Assembly (NCBI GenBank): GCA_035519135.1
Contig: DATIWX010000044.1
Location: 39,270 to 103,269 of the forward strand
Source: Burkholderiales bacterium
Lineage (GTDB): Bacteria > Pseudomonadota > Gammaproteobacteria > Burkholderiales > SG8-39
Direction of reading: 5' to 3'
DNA: 64,000 nt
Shown: positions 23,157-32,096 of the stretch, piece after piece
Numbering within the stretch: position 1 is the first letter of the stretch
Layout: each line of letters starts with the position of its first letter
Notes under the pieces: generated by a model
What the model saw: the letters and a program-made list of their open reading frames with translations, nothing else
What the model was told of the DNA's origin: nothing
The model's database searches: none
Position numbers and translations under genes: made by a program

Positions 23157-24827
23157 TCAGGGCGATGCGGTTCGGGCGCGTTTACCCGGCGCGACGCCAG
23201 CGCTCGAAGATTCCAGGCGCTCGATCTCGTAGTCTGCGCCGTTGAAGCCCAACTCGGATGCCCGCCGGTACTCGGTCATTGCCTCCGGGATCCGGCCGAG
23301 GTGCTCCAGGACGAGCCCCAGCCTGTGGTGCCCAAGCGCGCCTTCGGGCCTCAACTCGACCGCGCGTGACAGATACGGCAGGGCCAACTGGTACTCGCCA
23401 AGCATGAAGTGGATGAAGCCGCGGGCGAAATAGCAGTGCACCGTCCCCGGATATTGTTGCATGCACCTGTCGGCAACCTCGATGGCTTTATCCGGCCTCC
23501 CCCCGTAGGCGTACTCCCTGCCCGCCATATACAGGGTACGCGAGCCCCAGGGAACGGGCTTCGCCGGAAGCTTGAGGTAGGCGTCCTCCCATAGAAGCAC
23601 GGGCCTGGAGAATGTCACTAAACGGTCGTATGCCTGGTACAGGAGTACGGGGATCGCAAGCGCGGCGGCGGCCACCCCTGCCCGCAAGGGAGCCGCACTG
23701 AGGAGCGCCGCGATGGCGATCATCACACCGGGTGCCCAGAGATAGCTCCGATAGAGCACGAACGGCTCTTGAAATCGCACAGTACTGAACTCGACCAGGA
23801 ACAAGATCCACGTGAAGAGCATCCCGAACCCGACCATTCCGATTCGGCCTCTCCGCAGGAGAAGGAGAAAGCCAACCGCGGCAAAAGCGAGGAAGGCGAA
23901 GACCTTGAGAAGGATCCAGCCGGCCGACCAGGTGTCGAAGAAATCGACCCGGACATCGATGGACATCGCACCCGTAGCCGGCCAAAGCCAGAGTGCGAGG
24001 TACTTGAAGAACAGCCCCGCCTGGGTGACCACACTCATCGGCCAGGACAAGTCGGCGATGGCGTGTCCGAAGGTGCCCTCGAGCTGGCTTGCCAGGCCGC
24101 CGAAATCGGGCTCGTACGCCGCGCCGATCAGCCATTTCCTGCCGAACGTCACGAAAATAGCCGCTGGAGCGCAGGCTGCCAGGTAGATTGCGGCGTGACG
24201 AAATGCAAAGCGCCGTTCCCCCACCAGAACTGCAGCGAGTGCCGCCGCGCCGGGCAACAGAACGCTATGCTCCTTGGACAGAACGGCCACCGAGTACATG
24301 AGCGCGGCTGACAGCGCGTCGCTATGCCGGCCACGCGTCAATCCGCGCAAGAACAACACGATCGAGAGGAGCGAGAACAGGGTGGCGAAGACGATCGTCC
24401 GCTGCACCAGATATCCGGCGCCGTAGACCGCGACCGGGTGGATCGCGAACACGGCGGCTCCGACACACGCCCAGAGTGCTGCTGTCGACTCGGTTCGCAA
24501 CCCCGGCCTGTCCGAGGGCGAAACAGCACGCAGCAGGTCGTAGATCAGCTTGCACAGTGCGAGCGCACAGGCAAGGTGGAAGACCAAGCTGACGATGCGG
24601 TGCGCCCGCATGCCGCCCACCTCGATTTCGGTGATGGCAAGCGAGAAATACGGCGGGAGACGCATGTCCAGGCCGAACGGGTGGGTCGCGTAATACGCGA
24701 ACTTATACCCGGAGAAGAATTGCCAGTCGTCGAATACTCTCGGATTGTCCAGGAAAGGCCAGTACAGGCCGCCGGCGAGAGCCACGACCAGAGCGACGCC
24801 CGTCCAGGTGAAAAGAGTTCGGCGCAT
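23157..24827 (-). CDS. TMTC-like (GT-C fold) multi-TM protein with C-terminal TPRs; putative pilin glycosyltransferase
   Basis: First-loop FDD, FAIHP....GYLVQR, LSKE, RSYL motifs, then TPRs; directly downstream of pilin. Confidence 0.7.
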   Translation of the reverse strand: MRRTLFTWTGVALVVALAGGLYWPFLDNPRVFDDWQFFSGYKFAYYATHPFGLDMRLPPYFSLAITEIEVGGMRAHRIVSLVFHLACALALCKLIYDLLRAVSPSDRPGLRTESTAALWACVGAAVFAIHPVAVYGAGYLVQRTIVFATLFSLLSIVLFLRGLTRGRHSDALSAALMYSVAVLSKEHSVLLPGAAALAAVLVGERRFAFRHAAIYLAACAPAAIFVTFGRKWLIGAAYEPDFGGLASQLEGTFGHAIADLSWPMSVVTQAGLFFKYLALWLWPATGAMSIDVRVDFFDTWSAGWILLKVFAFLAFAAVGFLLLLRRGRIGMVGFGMLFTWILFLVEFSTVRFQEPFVLYRSYLWAPGVMIAIAALLSAAPLRAGVAAAALAIPVLLYQAYDRLVTFSRPVLLWEDAYLKLPAKPVPWGSRTLYMAGREYAYGGRPDKAIEVADRCMQQYPGTVHCYFARGFIHFMLGEYQLALPYLSRAVELRPEGALGHHRLGLVLEHLGRIPEAMTEYRRASELGFNGADYEIERLESSSAGVAPGKRARTASP

Positions 24828-24829
24828 GG

Positions 24830-24862
24830 AAAAAAAAAGGTACCCCGAAGGGTACCTTTTTT
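24830..24862 (-). terminator. Intrinsic (bidirectional-type) terminator after pilin
   Basis: Minus strand AAAAAAGGTACCC-TTCG-GGGTACC-T9. Confidence 0.92.
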
Positions 24863-24880
24863 GTCCAGCTTGAGTTGCGA

Positions 24881-25372
24881 CTAGCCGCGGCAGGAACCCG
24901 GCAGGAACTTCGGGTTCAGGTTGGTGCCGTCGATCGTCGAACCGCAGCGCCAGGCGTAGACGGTCGTCCCGCCCACGTCGGCCTTGGTCAACATGGTCGT
25001 CGCGTCCTTCATTGGAGCCAAGGTAACGATCGAGCCATTGATGCCGGCGCTCGCCGCAAAGCCCTGGATCGCGATCTGGACCAGGCCATCCACGGTGGTG
25101 TGGATGCTCGCCACGTACTTCGAGGCTCCGCCCACGGTCGCCGCAGTGACTTCACAGCCCCAGGAGTCGGCCGCCTGCGTAGCGCTGTTGCCGCTTTGGT
25201 AGATCTCGGTCACCGAAGTACGGCACGCGCTGGCCGCCAGAATCACCTCGGAGATCTTCGCCCGGTTGCTGTAGTCCTGGTACGCGGGGAGCGCCACCGC
25301 GGCCAGAATGCCGATGATCGCGACCACGATCATCAACTCGATCAAGGTAAAGCCCTTCTGCAGCGTTCTCAT
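24881..25372 (-). CDS. pilA: Type IVa major pilin
   Basis: Short leader, [29 protein letters not shown]-terminal disulfide loop WRC...PGSC. Confidence 0.95.
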   Translation of the reverse strand: MRTLQKGFTLIELMIVVAIIGILAAVALPAYQDYSNRAKISEVILAASACRTSVTEIYQSGNSATQAADSWGCEVTAATVGGASKYVASIHTTVDGLVQIAIQGFAASAGINGSIVTLAPMKDATTMLTKADVGGTTVYAWRCGSTIDGTNLNPKFLPGSCRG

Positions 25373-25419
25373 GAGTTCTCCTTCCTTGTGACGCCAAATT
25401 GGCGTTGCGTGCTTCTCGG

Positions 25420-25436
25420 AGCAAACCGCGTGCCTG
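25420..25436 (-). promoter_or_regulatory. sigma54 (-24/-12) promoter of pilin
   Basis: Minus strand CAGGCACGCGGTTTGCT with exact GG-N10-GC spacing; AT-rich tract immediately upstream. Confidence 0.85.
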
Positions 25437-25667
25437 CCCCAGGTAAGATCCTATCTTATTGTAATTAATGCACTTTAATGCCTTCCTTAAGCTTCCCGCG
25501 AAGGAATGCACGGTCCGGCTATCCCTCATTAGGGCACAGAGTGACGCTACGCGTCACCCCCTTCGCGACCAGAAAGAAAAGGAGGGAGGCGCGGGCGGAA
25601 ACCTGCTCGACCCCACTGGGGTATTCTTCCTCAGTGGCAAAATCAGGCTCCGATCTCGCGAACGTTG

Positions 25668-25976
25668 ATGCTGTTCTCGTCCAGCAAGTTTGACACCCTG
25701 GTGCAGGGGCTGAGGCAACGGATCAGCGTGCGTTTCCCGCCGGTGATCGCCAACGACCCGGAGCGCGCCGTTTCGCGGACCCGAATCGAGGAAATACTGG
25801 ACGAGATTTTCGCCGAGACTCTGCAACCCGACAGTGAAGGCCAGATCGGGTTCCTGAGCAAAGCGCGGCTGAGAAACGCATTCAAGCGGGAATTGCGGGA
25901 AATTGGGTACGACGAGAAATTCGTCGATTTCGCCACCGACAAGCTCATCGGACGGCTGGTGCGCGCGGCCGGATAG
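25668..25976 (+). CDS. Hypothetical protein, paralogue of 57447-57785
   Basis: Shares RFPP and KA.L.N.FK..LRE.GY...F.D with the second copy. Confidence 0.75.
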   Translation: MLFSSSKFDTLVQGLRQRISVRFPPVIANDPERAVSRTRIEEILDEIFAETLQPDSEGQIGFLSKARLRNAFKRELREIGYDEKFVDFATDKLIGRLVRAAG

Positions 25977-26008
25977 GGACGCGACGCAGGTACCTGTCGA
26001 GGGATAAA

Positions 26009-27664
26009 TCAGGGCGCGAACCCGGGTATCTTGCTCTCGTCGACCTCGTCGATCTGATCCCGGGGGAGAAACTGCTCGGCGTAGCGTAGATACACCTTCT
26101 TGCGAACAAATATGTCGAACAAATCCGGATCGATATGGCCGTTCAGCCTGAAATTGCCGAGAATCCTGAGCGACTCGGAGAGAGTCTTGCCGCGCTTGTA
26201 GGGTCTGTCCTTGGCGGTCAGCGCCTCGAAGATGTCGGCGATCCCCATGACTCTGGCCTGCACGGACATCTGGTCGCGCGTCAGTCCCCGTGGGTAGCCC
26301 TTTCCGTCCATGCGCTCGTGGTGGCCTCCGGCATACTCGGGCACATTGCGCAGATGCCTGGGCCATGGAAGCGCCTCTAGCATCTTGATCGTGGCAACGA
26401 TGTGATGATTGATCGTTTCACGTTCCTCTAGAGTAAGGGTACCTCGAGCGATCGTCAGATTCTTGATCTCATCCGGGGTGAGAAAGTCCGCGGTATTCCC
26501 CGAGACGTCGATCCATTTTCGGCCGGTGCCGATGCGATTCACCCGCTCCCGGGCCTCCGCCTCCATGACCTCGCCTCCGATATTGCAATGACGAAGGAAT
26601 TCCCGCTCGCTATCGAGCTGGCGCCGGCTTTCCGCGCAGTCCCGGTCGATCTGCATGAGTTGCTCGTGCGCGGCACTCTCGCTCAGCCCTGGTTTGCGAA
26701 GGACCTCGAGCTTGCGCTTCAGGCCCTCGATGTCCACGTCGCGTTTCAACACCTCGAAGCGCGTGTCCACCAGATTGATGCGATCGAAGATCGTTTCGAG
26801 CTTGGTTGCCTTGTCCACGACGTGCACCGGGGTCGTCACCTTGCCGCAGTCGTGCAGCAAGCCCGCTATCTTCAGCTCGTAGCGGTCCTTGTCGGTCATC
26901 TTGAATTCCTGAAGCGGGCCGTCGTAGGTCTCGTTGACGGCCTCGGCCAGCATCATCGTGAGTGCCGGAACACGCTGACAGTGGCCGCCGGTATAGGGGG
27001 ACTTCTCGTCGATCGCGGTGTTGATGAGCGCAATGAAAGACTCGAACAGCACTTCCAGCTGGTTGATGAGATGCCGGTTCGTGAGCGCAATCGCGGCTTG
27101 GGACGCGAGCGACTCTGCTAGACGCTGATCCGAAGACGTGAATGGCCCGACCTCGCTTGCTGTATGGGCGGTGCGGTTGATCAACTGGAGCACGCCGATG
27201 ATCTCGCCCTCGTGGTTCTTCATCGGCACGGTGAGAAACGCCTTGGAGCGGTACCCCGTCTTCTTGTCGAAATTGCGCGTGCCCGAGAAGTCGAAGCCCT
27301 CCTCCGAATACGCGTCTGCGATGTTGACCGTCTTGCCGGTCAAGGCGGCGTACGCCGCGACCATCTGGTTGTTCGGCTTGCCGTCCTTGCCGTACAGGTG
27401 CACCGGGTAAAAGGGTATGGGATTGCCGGTGGTACCGCCCATGGCGATGTCCAGCGCCTCGTTGCGCATGATCGCAAACCGGAGCCGGGGGCCTTCATCG
27501 GAGGGTTCCAGCACATACAGGGTGCCCCCGGCCGCGCGCGTGATCGTTTTTGCGGCGAGCAGGATCTTCTCCAGCAGGTGGTCGATATCCCTTTCCTGCG
27601 AGAGCGCGGAGCCTATCTCGTTGAGTTGCTCGAGACGGCGAAACAGATCCTCGTCGGTCTCCAA
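26009..27664 (-). CDS. GAF + HD-GYP phosphodiesterase
   Basis: GAF (DKKTGYRSK..LTVP, QLIN); HDCGK, HHERMDGKGYP, ADIFEALT; TTG start. Confidence 0.92.
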   Translation of the reverse strand: METDEDLFRRLEQLNEIGSALSQERDIDHLLEKILLAAKTITRAAGGTLYVLEPSDEGPRLRFAIMRNEALDIAMGGTTGNPIPFYPVHLYGKDGKPNNQMVAAYAALTGKTVNIADAYSEEGFDFSGTRNFDKKTGYRSKAFLTVPMKNHEGEIIGVLQLINRTAHTASEVGPFTSSDQRLAESLASQAAIALTNRHLINQLEVLFESFIALINTAIDEKSPYTGGHCQRVPALTMMLAEAVNETYDGPLQEFKMTDKDRYELKIAGLLHDCGKVTTPVHVVDKATKLETIFDRINLVDTRFEVLKRDVDIEGLKRKLEVLRKPGLSESAAHEQLMQIDRDCAESRRQLDSEREFLRHCNIGGEVMEAEARERVNRIGTGRKWIDVSGNTADFLTPDEIKNLTIARGTLTLEERETINHHIVATIKMLEALPWPRHLRNVPEYAGGHHERMDGKGYPRGLTRDQMSVQARVMGIADIFEALTAKDRPYKRGKTLSESLRILGNFRLNGHIDPDLFDIFVRKKVYLRYAEQFLPRDQIDEVDESKIPGFAP

Positions 27665-27707
27665 GATCCCCCCGGGGCGGCTGTGGATCAGGCAGCCTGG
27701 CGCCGCC

Positions 27708-30074
27708 TTACTTGATGCAGACCGCGCGGACCTGCGGCATGTCGGTGATACCCTGAAGCACCTTTTCGATCCCGTCCATCTTCAGGGTCCGCATGCCTTC
27801 CTCAAGACTGACGGCCAGGATCTCCGCGACGCGTGCATGCTCCTGGATCAGTTTCTTGATGGGGTCCGACGCGAGCAGCAGCTCATGCAGGCCGACTCGC
27901 CCTTTGTAGCCCGTATTGCCGCAAGTATCGCAGCCCTTGGCCTTGTAGAGAGTAAACTGGCCCTTGTCGTTCGCGTAGCTCTTGGCGAGGTCCCTGTAGA
28001 CGTTCTCGTAGGCGGACTTGGCGTCCTTCTTGAACGGTCCTGTGTTGAGGAGTTCCGAGCAGTACTCCTGGAGAAGGTGCTTCATCTCCTCTCCGCCGGC
28101 AACGTAGGGCTGCTTGCACTTGCTGCATAGCCGCTTGGCGAGCCGTTGCGCGAGGATTCCCAGCAGCGCATCGGCGAAATTGAAGGGATCCATGCCCATA
28201 TCGAGCAGCCGGATGATGGACTCCGGCGCGCTGTTGGTGTGCAGTGTCGCGAAAACCAAGTGGCCGGTGAGGGACGCCTCGATACCCGTGCCGGTGGTCT
28301 CCTTGTCGCGCATTTCGCCGACCATGATGATGTCCGGGTCGGCGCGGAGGAATGATTTCATCACGGCCGCGAAGTCGAGTCCCGCCTTCTTGTTGACCTG
28401 AACCTGGCGCAGGCCCTTCTGCGTAATCTCAACCGGGTCCTCGGCGGTCCAGATCTTGGTATCCGAGGTATTGAGGAAACCCAGGACTGAGTGCAGCGTG
28501 GTGGTCTTCCCGGAACCGGTCGGGCCGCAGACGAAGAAAAGCCCGTAGGGCTTGCTTACGGTGTCCTTGAGCTTGGGCAGGTTCGAGGGCGACAGCCCGA
28601 GCTTGTCGAGCGGGATCGGCTCCCCTGCCGCAAGGATACGCATGACCACGTCCTCGACGCCACCCTGGGAGGGGATCGTCGCCACCCGCAGCTCGATGTC
28701 GAGCGGACCGAATTTCTTGAACTTGATCTTGCCGTCCTGCGGTTTGCGCTTTTCGGAAATATCGAGGTCGCACATGATCTTGATGCGCGCGACGATCGCA
28801 TTCCGGTAAGCGCCCGGAACTTCGATGTAAGGGAACAGCGAGCCGTCTTTCCTGAACCGGATCTCGGTTTTCGCCTTGCCCGGATAGGGTTCGATGTGAA
28901 TATCCGAGGCCCCCTGGTTGTAGGCGTCGATGATGATCTTGTTGACCAGCTTGACCAGCTCGTTGTCCGCCGCCGCGGAAACATCGTCATCCCCACCGGC
29001 CTCTACCGGCCCTTCGTCATCCTCGAGGCCAGAGAGCATGTCTCCGATGTCGCCGCTGTCGACCGCCTCCGCCCCGTAGAAGGCCTTGAGCGTGTCCTTG
29101 AACTCCTTGAGGGTGGTGACGCGATACACGAGCTTACGGCCCGGAAAGACATTCTGGACGATACGTGAACTCTTTATCCTCTCCGGATCGAGACAGAGGA
29201 TCACCAGACCTTCCTTCGAGTCCTCGATGGGAACCCATTGATTGGATTCCACGTACTCGCGCTTGAGGTTCTTCAGCAGATCCATCGGCTTGATGCGATC
29301 CGGCTTGAATGGCTCGTAGGGCGTTCCGAAGAATTTCGCCAGCGCTGCACCGATGGCAGGAAGCTTGACCTGGAACTCCTCGGCCAGCACGTTCTCGACA
29401 TCGACGGCCTTCTTGCGCGCGGAGCGCGCAGCCAGCTCGAACTCCGCCGCGGAGATCACAGCGTCGCTGACGAGAAAGTCATATTTCGTCTTGAGAACCT
29501 GCGGCTTCTGACGCTGCTTGAGAGCGATGGCGAGCGTCTGGCAGAGCTCGGTTACGCCCTCCTCGGCCAGCTGGCCGAAGGGCACGCCGGCCTTGTTGTT
29601 GATCAGCTGGACTACGCCGACCAGCTCACCCCCAAGCTCTGCAACCGGCGCAACCAGCATCTGCTTGGTCCGGTAACCGGTGCGCTTGTCCACCTCCTGC
29701 AGGAAACGCAGGTTAGGGTTATGGGTCCTCAGCTCGCTCTCGTCGTAGACATCCTTCAGGTTGAGCATTTTCTTGGACAGGCCGACGAAGCCTGCGATCG
29801 AGTGCTCGGCGATCGGAAGTTTCAGGTCCTTGAACGAGTTCAGCCCGGTCTTGACCTTGGAGACGATGGTCTGCTTGTCCTCGCCGACGGTGTAGATCGT
29901 GAGCCGGTCGGCGTTGAACAGGGTGCAGATGTCCGCGCTGACCTCCAGCATGATCTCGTCCACGTTGCTCGTGGCGTGGATCTTGTTGGTGACCGTCTGG
30001 AGGTTCTTCTGGAAATTCAACCGGCTGTTGACGTCGCCGGCCGCGCCCACGTGCGTCTGTAGTACCGCGCTCAT
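27708..30074 (-). CDS. GAF-domain PilB/GspE-family assembly ATPase
   Basis: N-terminal GAF; ASDIHIEP, Walker A GPTGSGKT, EDPVE, Walker B IIMVGE, His box LTGH..TLH, CSKC/CDTC. Confidence 0.93.
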   Translation of the reverse strand: MSAVLQTHVGAAGDVNSRLNFQKNLQTVTNKIHATSNVDEIMLEVSADICTLFNADRLTIYTVGEDKQTIVSKVKTGLNSFKDLKLPIAEHSIAGFVGLSKKMLNLKDVYDESELRTHNPNLRFLQEVDKRTGYRTKQMLVAPVAELGGELVGVVQLINNKAGVPFGQLAEEGVTELCQTLAIALKQRQKPQVLKTKYDFLVSDAVISAAEFELAARSARKKAVDVENVLAEEFQVKLPAIGAALAKFFGTPYEPFKPDRIKPMDLLKNLKREYVESNQWVPIEDSKEGLVILCLDPERIKSSRIVQNVFPGRKLVYRVTTLKEFKDTLKAFYGAEAVDSGDIGDMLSGLEDDEGPVEAGGDDDVSAAADNELVKLVNKIIIDAYNQGASDIHIEPYPGKAKTEIRFRKDGSLFPYIEVPGAYRNAIVARIKIMCDLDISEKRKPQDGKIKFKKFGPLDIELRVATIPSQGGVEDVVMRILAAGEPIPLDKLGLSPSNLPKLKDTVSKPYGLFFVCGPTGSGKTTTLHSVLGFLNTSDTKIWTAEDPVEITQKGLRQVQVNKKAGLDFAAVMKSFLRADPDIIMVGEMRDKETTGTGIEASLTGHLVFATLHTNSAPESIIRLLDMGMDPFNFADALLGILAQRLAKRLCSKCKQPYVAGGEEMKHLLQEYCSELLNTGPFKKDAKSAYENVYRDLAKSYANDKGQFTLYKAKGCDTCGNTGYKGRVGLHELLLASDPIKKLIQEHARVAEILAVSLEEGMRTLKMDGIEKVLQGITDMPQVRAVCIK

Positions 30075-30196
30075 TGGCAATCCACCCTAGTATCCAGCAC
30101 CCGAAATAGCCTCAGAATCAATTACTTTACCACCGTTCAGTCCCCTGTGGCTCGACCGTCCCCGCAACCCTGACAAGCGAAAATCACACCCGCCCG

Positions 30197-31267
30197 TCAC
30201 CGGCGCTTCGCATCTCCCCAGAGGCCGCCGGCGAGCACGAACGCCCGGTACCCGCGTTGCGCAAGGAGAAACGCCCCCGCGGCGCTGCGACGCTCGCTCT
30301 GGCAGTAGAGCACGTACTCCTTTCCCTTGTCCAGGGCACCGAACGCATTGCGGATTTCCGACAATGGAATGTTGATGGCCCCCGGAAGTTTGTCGTACTG
30401 GTACTCCGACGGGTAGCGTACGTCGATCCATTGAGCTCCGCTCGCCACCTTCGCGCGCGCCTCTTCGGCGGACACTCTGTGCAGCAGCGGCTCCCTCAGC
30501 AGCTCGACGAAATCCTTCTTTGCAAGCCTGAGCAGGGCACCGTCGCTCTTCATGGTCACGGTGGCGTTGCGTTTGACCTCCGACACCAGCGCTTCCTCGC
30601 CGAACGCATCCCCGCTCTTCAAGTCGGCGAGCAGCATGGACACGCCCCCGACCATTCGCTCTACCTTGCACCGCCCGCTCTCGATCACGAAATAGAAGTC
30701 GCCTTCCGCCCCCTCGCGGATCACGACGTCGCCTTTCTTGACTTCGATGCGCTCGAACCGGCGCAGCAACTCGTCGATATGCGCAGGGGGCAGGTGCGAG
30801 AAAGCCCCGTACTTCAGGCTGCTGGCGCTGAACATCCCGGACATGACGGCCCAGCTGGCAGATGAACGGCCCTTTTCGGTATTGTTCCTCGCTGGGACTT
30901 CTGCAGACGCAACCTGATCCCACGTAGCCATGACATCCAGCAGGTCGTCGTCAATACGCAGCAACTCCACGTCGGTGATCGCCTTGGCGCTGGTGAAGAC
31001 TTCGCCTCGATGAGCGAGGGGATACCGCGATCGGTCTGACCCTCCCACCAGTACCTTCGACGAACCGTCCGGATACGTCAGCACCAGCTCTCCCCGAAGC
31101 AGAAAAACCGCCTGACCGGCCATGTTGCGTACCAGGAACGGATCCGAGTTCTTTCCGACCGGCTCCACCTGGCAAAGACCTGCGAGCTCGTTGAGCCTGG
31201 TATCGGGTAAGGACCCGAGCGGCTCGAAATTTCTCAGCACCTCGACGCTTACCCTAGCCGCGCACAT
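30197..31267 (-). CDS. cNMP-binding + rhodanese domain protein
   Basis: FGEEAL....RNATV phosphate-binding cassette; IDVR..EY...LPGAINIP, YCQSERRS. Confidence 0.88.
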   Translation of the reverse strand: MCAARVSVEVLRNFEPLGSLPDTRLNELAGLCQVEPVGKNSDPFLVRNMAGQAVFLLRGELVLTYPDGSSKVLVGGSDRSRYPLAHRGEVFTSAKAITDVELLRIDDDLLDVMATWDQVASAEVPARNNTEKGRSSASWAVMSGMFSASSLKYGAFSHLPPAHIDELLRRFERIEVKKGDVVIREGAEGDFYFVIESGRCKVERMVGGVSMLLADLKSGDAFGEEALVSEVKRNATVTMKSDGALLRLAKKDFVELLREPLLHRVSAEEARAKVASGAQWIDVRYPSEYQYDKLPGAINIPLSEIRNAFGALDKGKEYVLYCQSERRSAAGAFLLAQRGYRAFVLAGGLWGDAKRR

Positions 31268-31312
31268 CGCCCGTTCCCCGCTCTCGGACAGTGCATCGCC
31301 CCGATCTCTTTC

Positions 31313-32080
31313 TCAAAACTCGAACACCTGATTGTTCTGCAGCATCCGCGGCCGGTACTGGCCGGCGTCCTCCTCGATCTCCTGCATCGTCAGCTCGATT
31401 TCTCCGGGTTTGAGGTGCGTGATGTAGATTTCCGCGCTGCGTTCGAGTTTCGCCAGCTCCTCGGCAAGCATGCTCGGGCACAAGTGCTTTGAAATGACCG
31501 CCAGCTCCCTTTCGCGGTTGCAAAACGCTGTCTCGATGATCAGGTACCTGAGGTTGGAAATCCTGTTGACGACCGACCAGAGGGGATCGTTCGTCGTCGT
31601 GTCGCCGGTAAACACCAGGCTGCCCTTTCCCGAGTCCAGGTGGTACCCGACCGCCGGCACGACGTGATTGGCCGGAAGCGCCGTGACTTTGCGCTTCTTC
31701 AACTCCACCGTGTCGCCGACCTGGATCTCCCGGTAGCGCAGAAAGGGTTTGTCCGGGCTCGGGATCTGGGAAAAATCGGGCCAGATGCTCCAATTGAAGA
31801 TGTGGTTACGAAGAATCTCCAGCGTCGCCGGAACAGCCCAGAGCGTCAGAGGCTGGTCGCGCATGCCCCCGACCGTATCCACCATGAAAGGAATGCTGGC
31901 GACATGGTCGAGATGCGAGTGCGTGAGGAAAACATGATCGATCAGGGAAAGCTCCGTGAGCGAGAGGTCCGCCACACCTGTCCCGGCGTCGACGAGAATG
32001 TCGTTGTCGAGAAGCATTGAGGTCGTGCGCAGATGCCGGCCCCCGATTCCACCGCTGCAGCCCAGAATCCGGAGCTTCAT
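31313..32080 (-). CDS. Class II (MBL-fold) 3',5'-cyclic nucleotide phosphodiesterase
   Basis: LGCSGG, DAGTG, THSHLDH, HIFN..IWPDF, TGDT, HL.P, HLKP. Confidence 0.87.
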   Translation of the reverse strand: MKLRILGCSGGIGGRHLRTTSMLLDNDILVDAGTGVADLSLTELSLIDHVFLTHSHLDHVASIPFMVDTVGGMRDQPLTLWAVPATLEILRNHIFNWSIWPDFSQIPSPDKPFLRYREIQVGDTVELKKRKVTALPANHVVPAVGYHLDSGKGSLVFTGDTTTNDPLWSVVNRISNLRYLIIETAFCNRERELAVISKHLCPSMLAEELAKLERSAEIYITHLKPGEIELTMQEIEEDAGQYRPRMLQNNQVFEF

Positions 32081-32096
32081 GGCTCGGCGTCCATCG

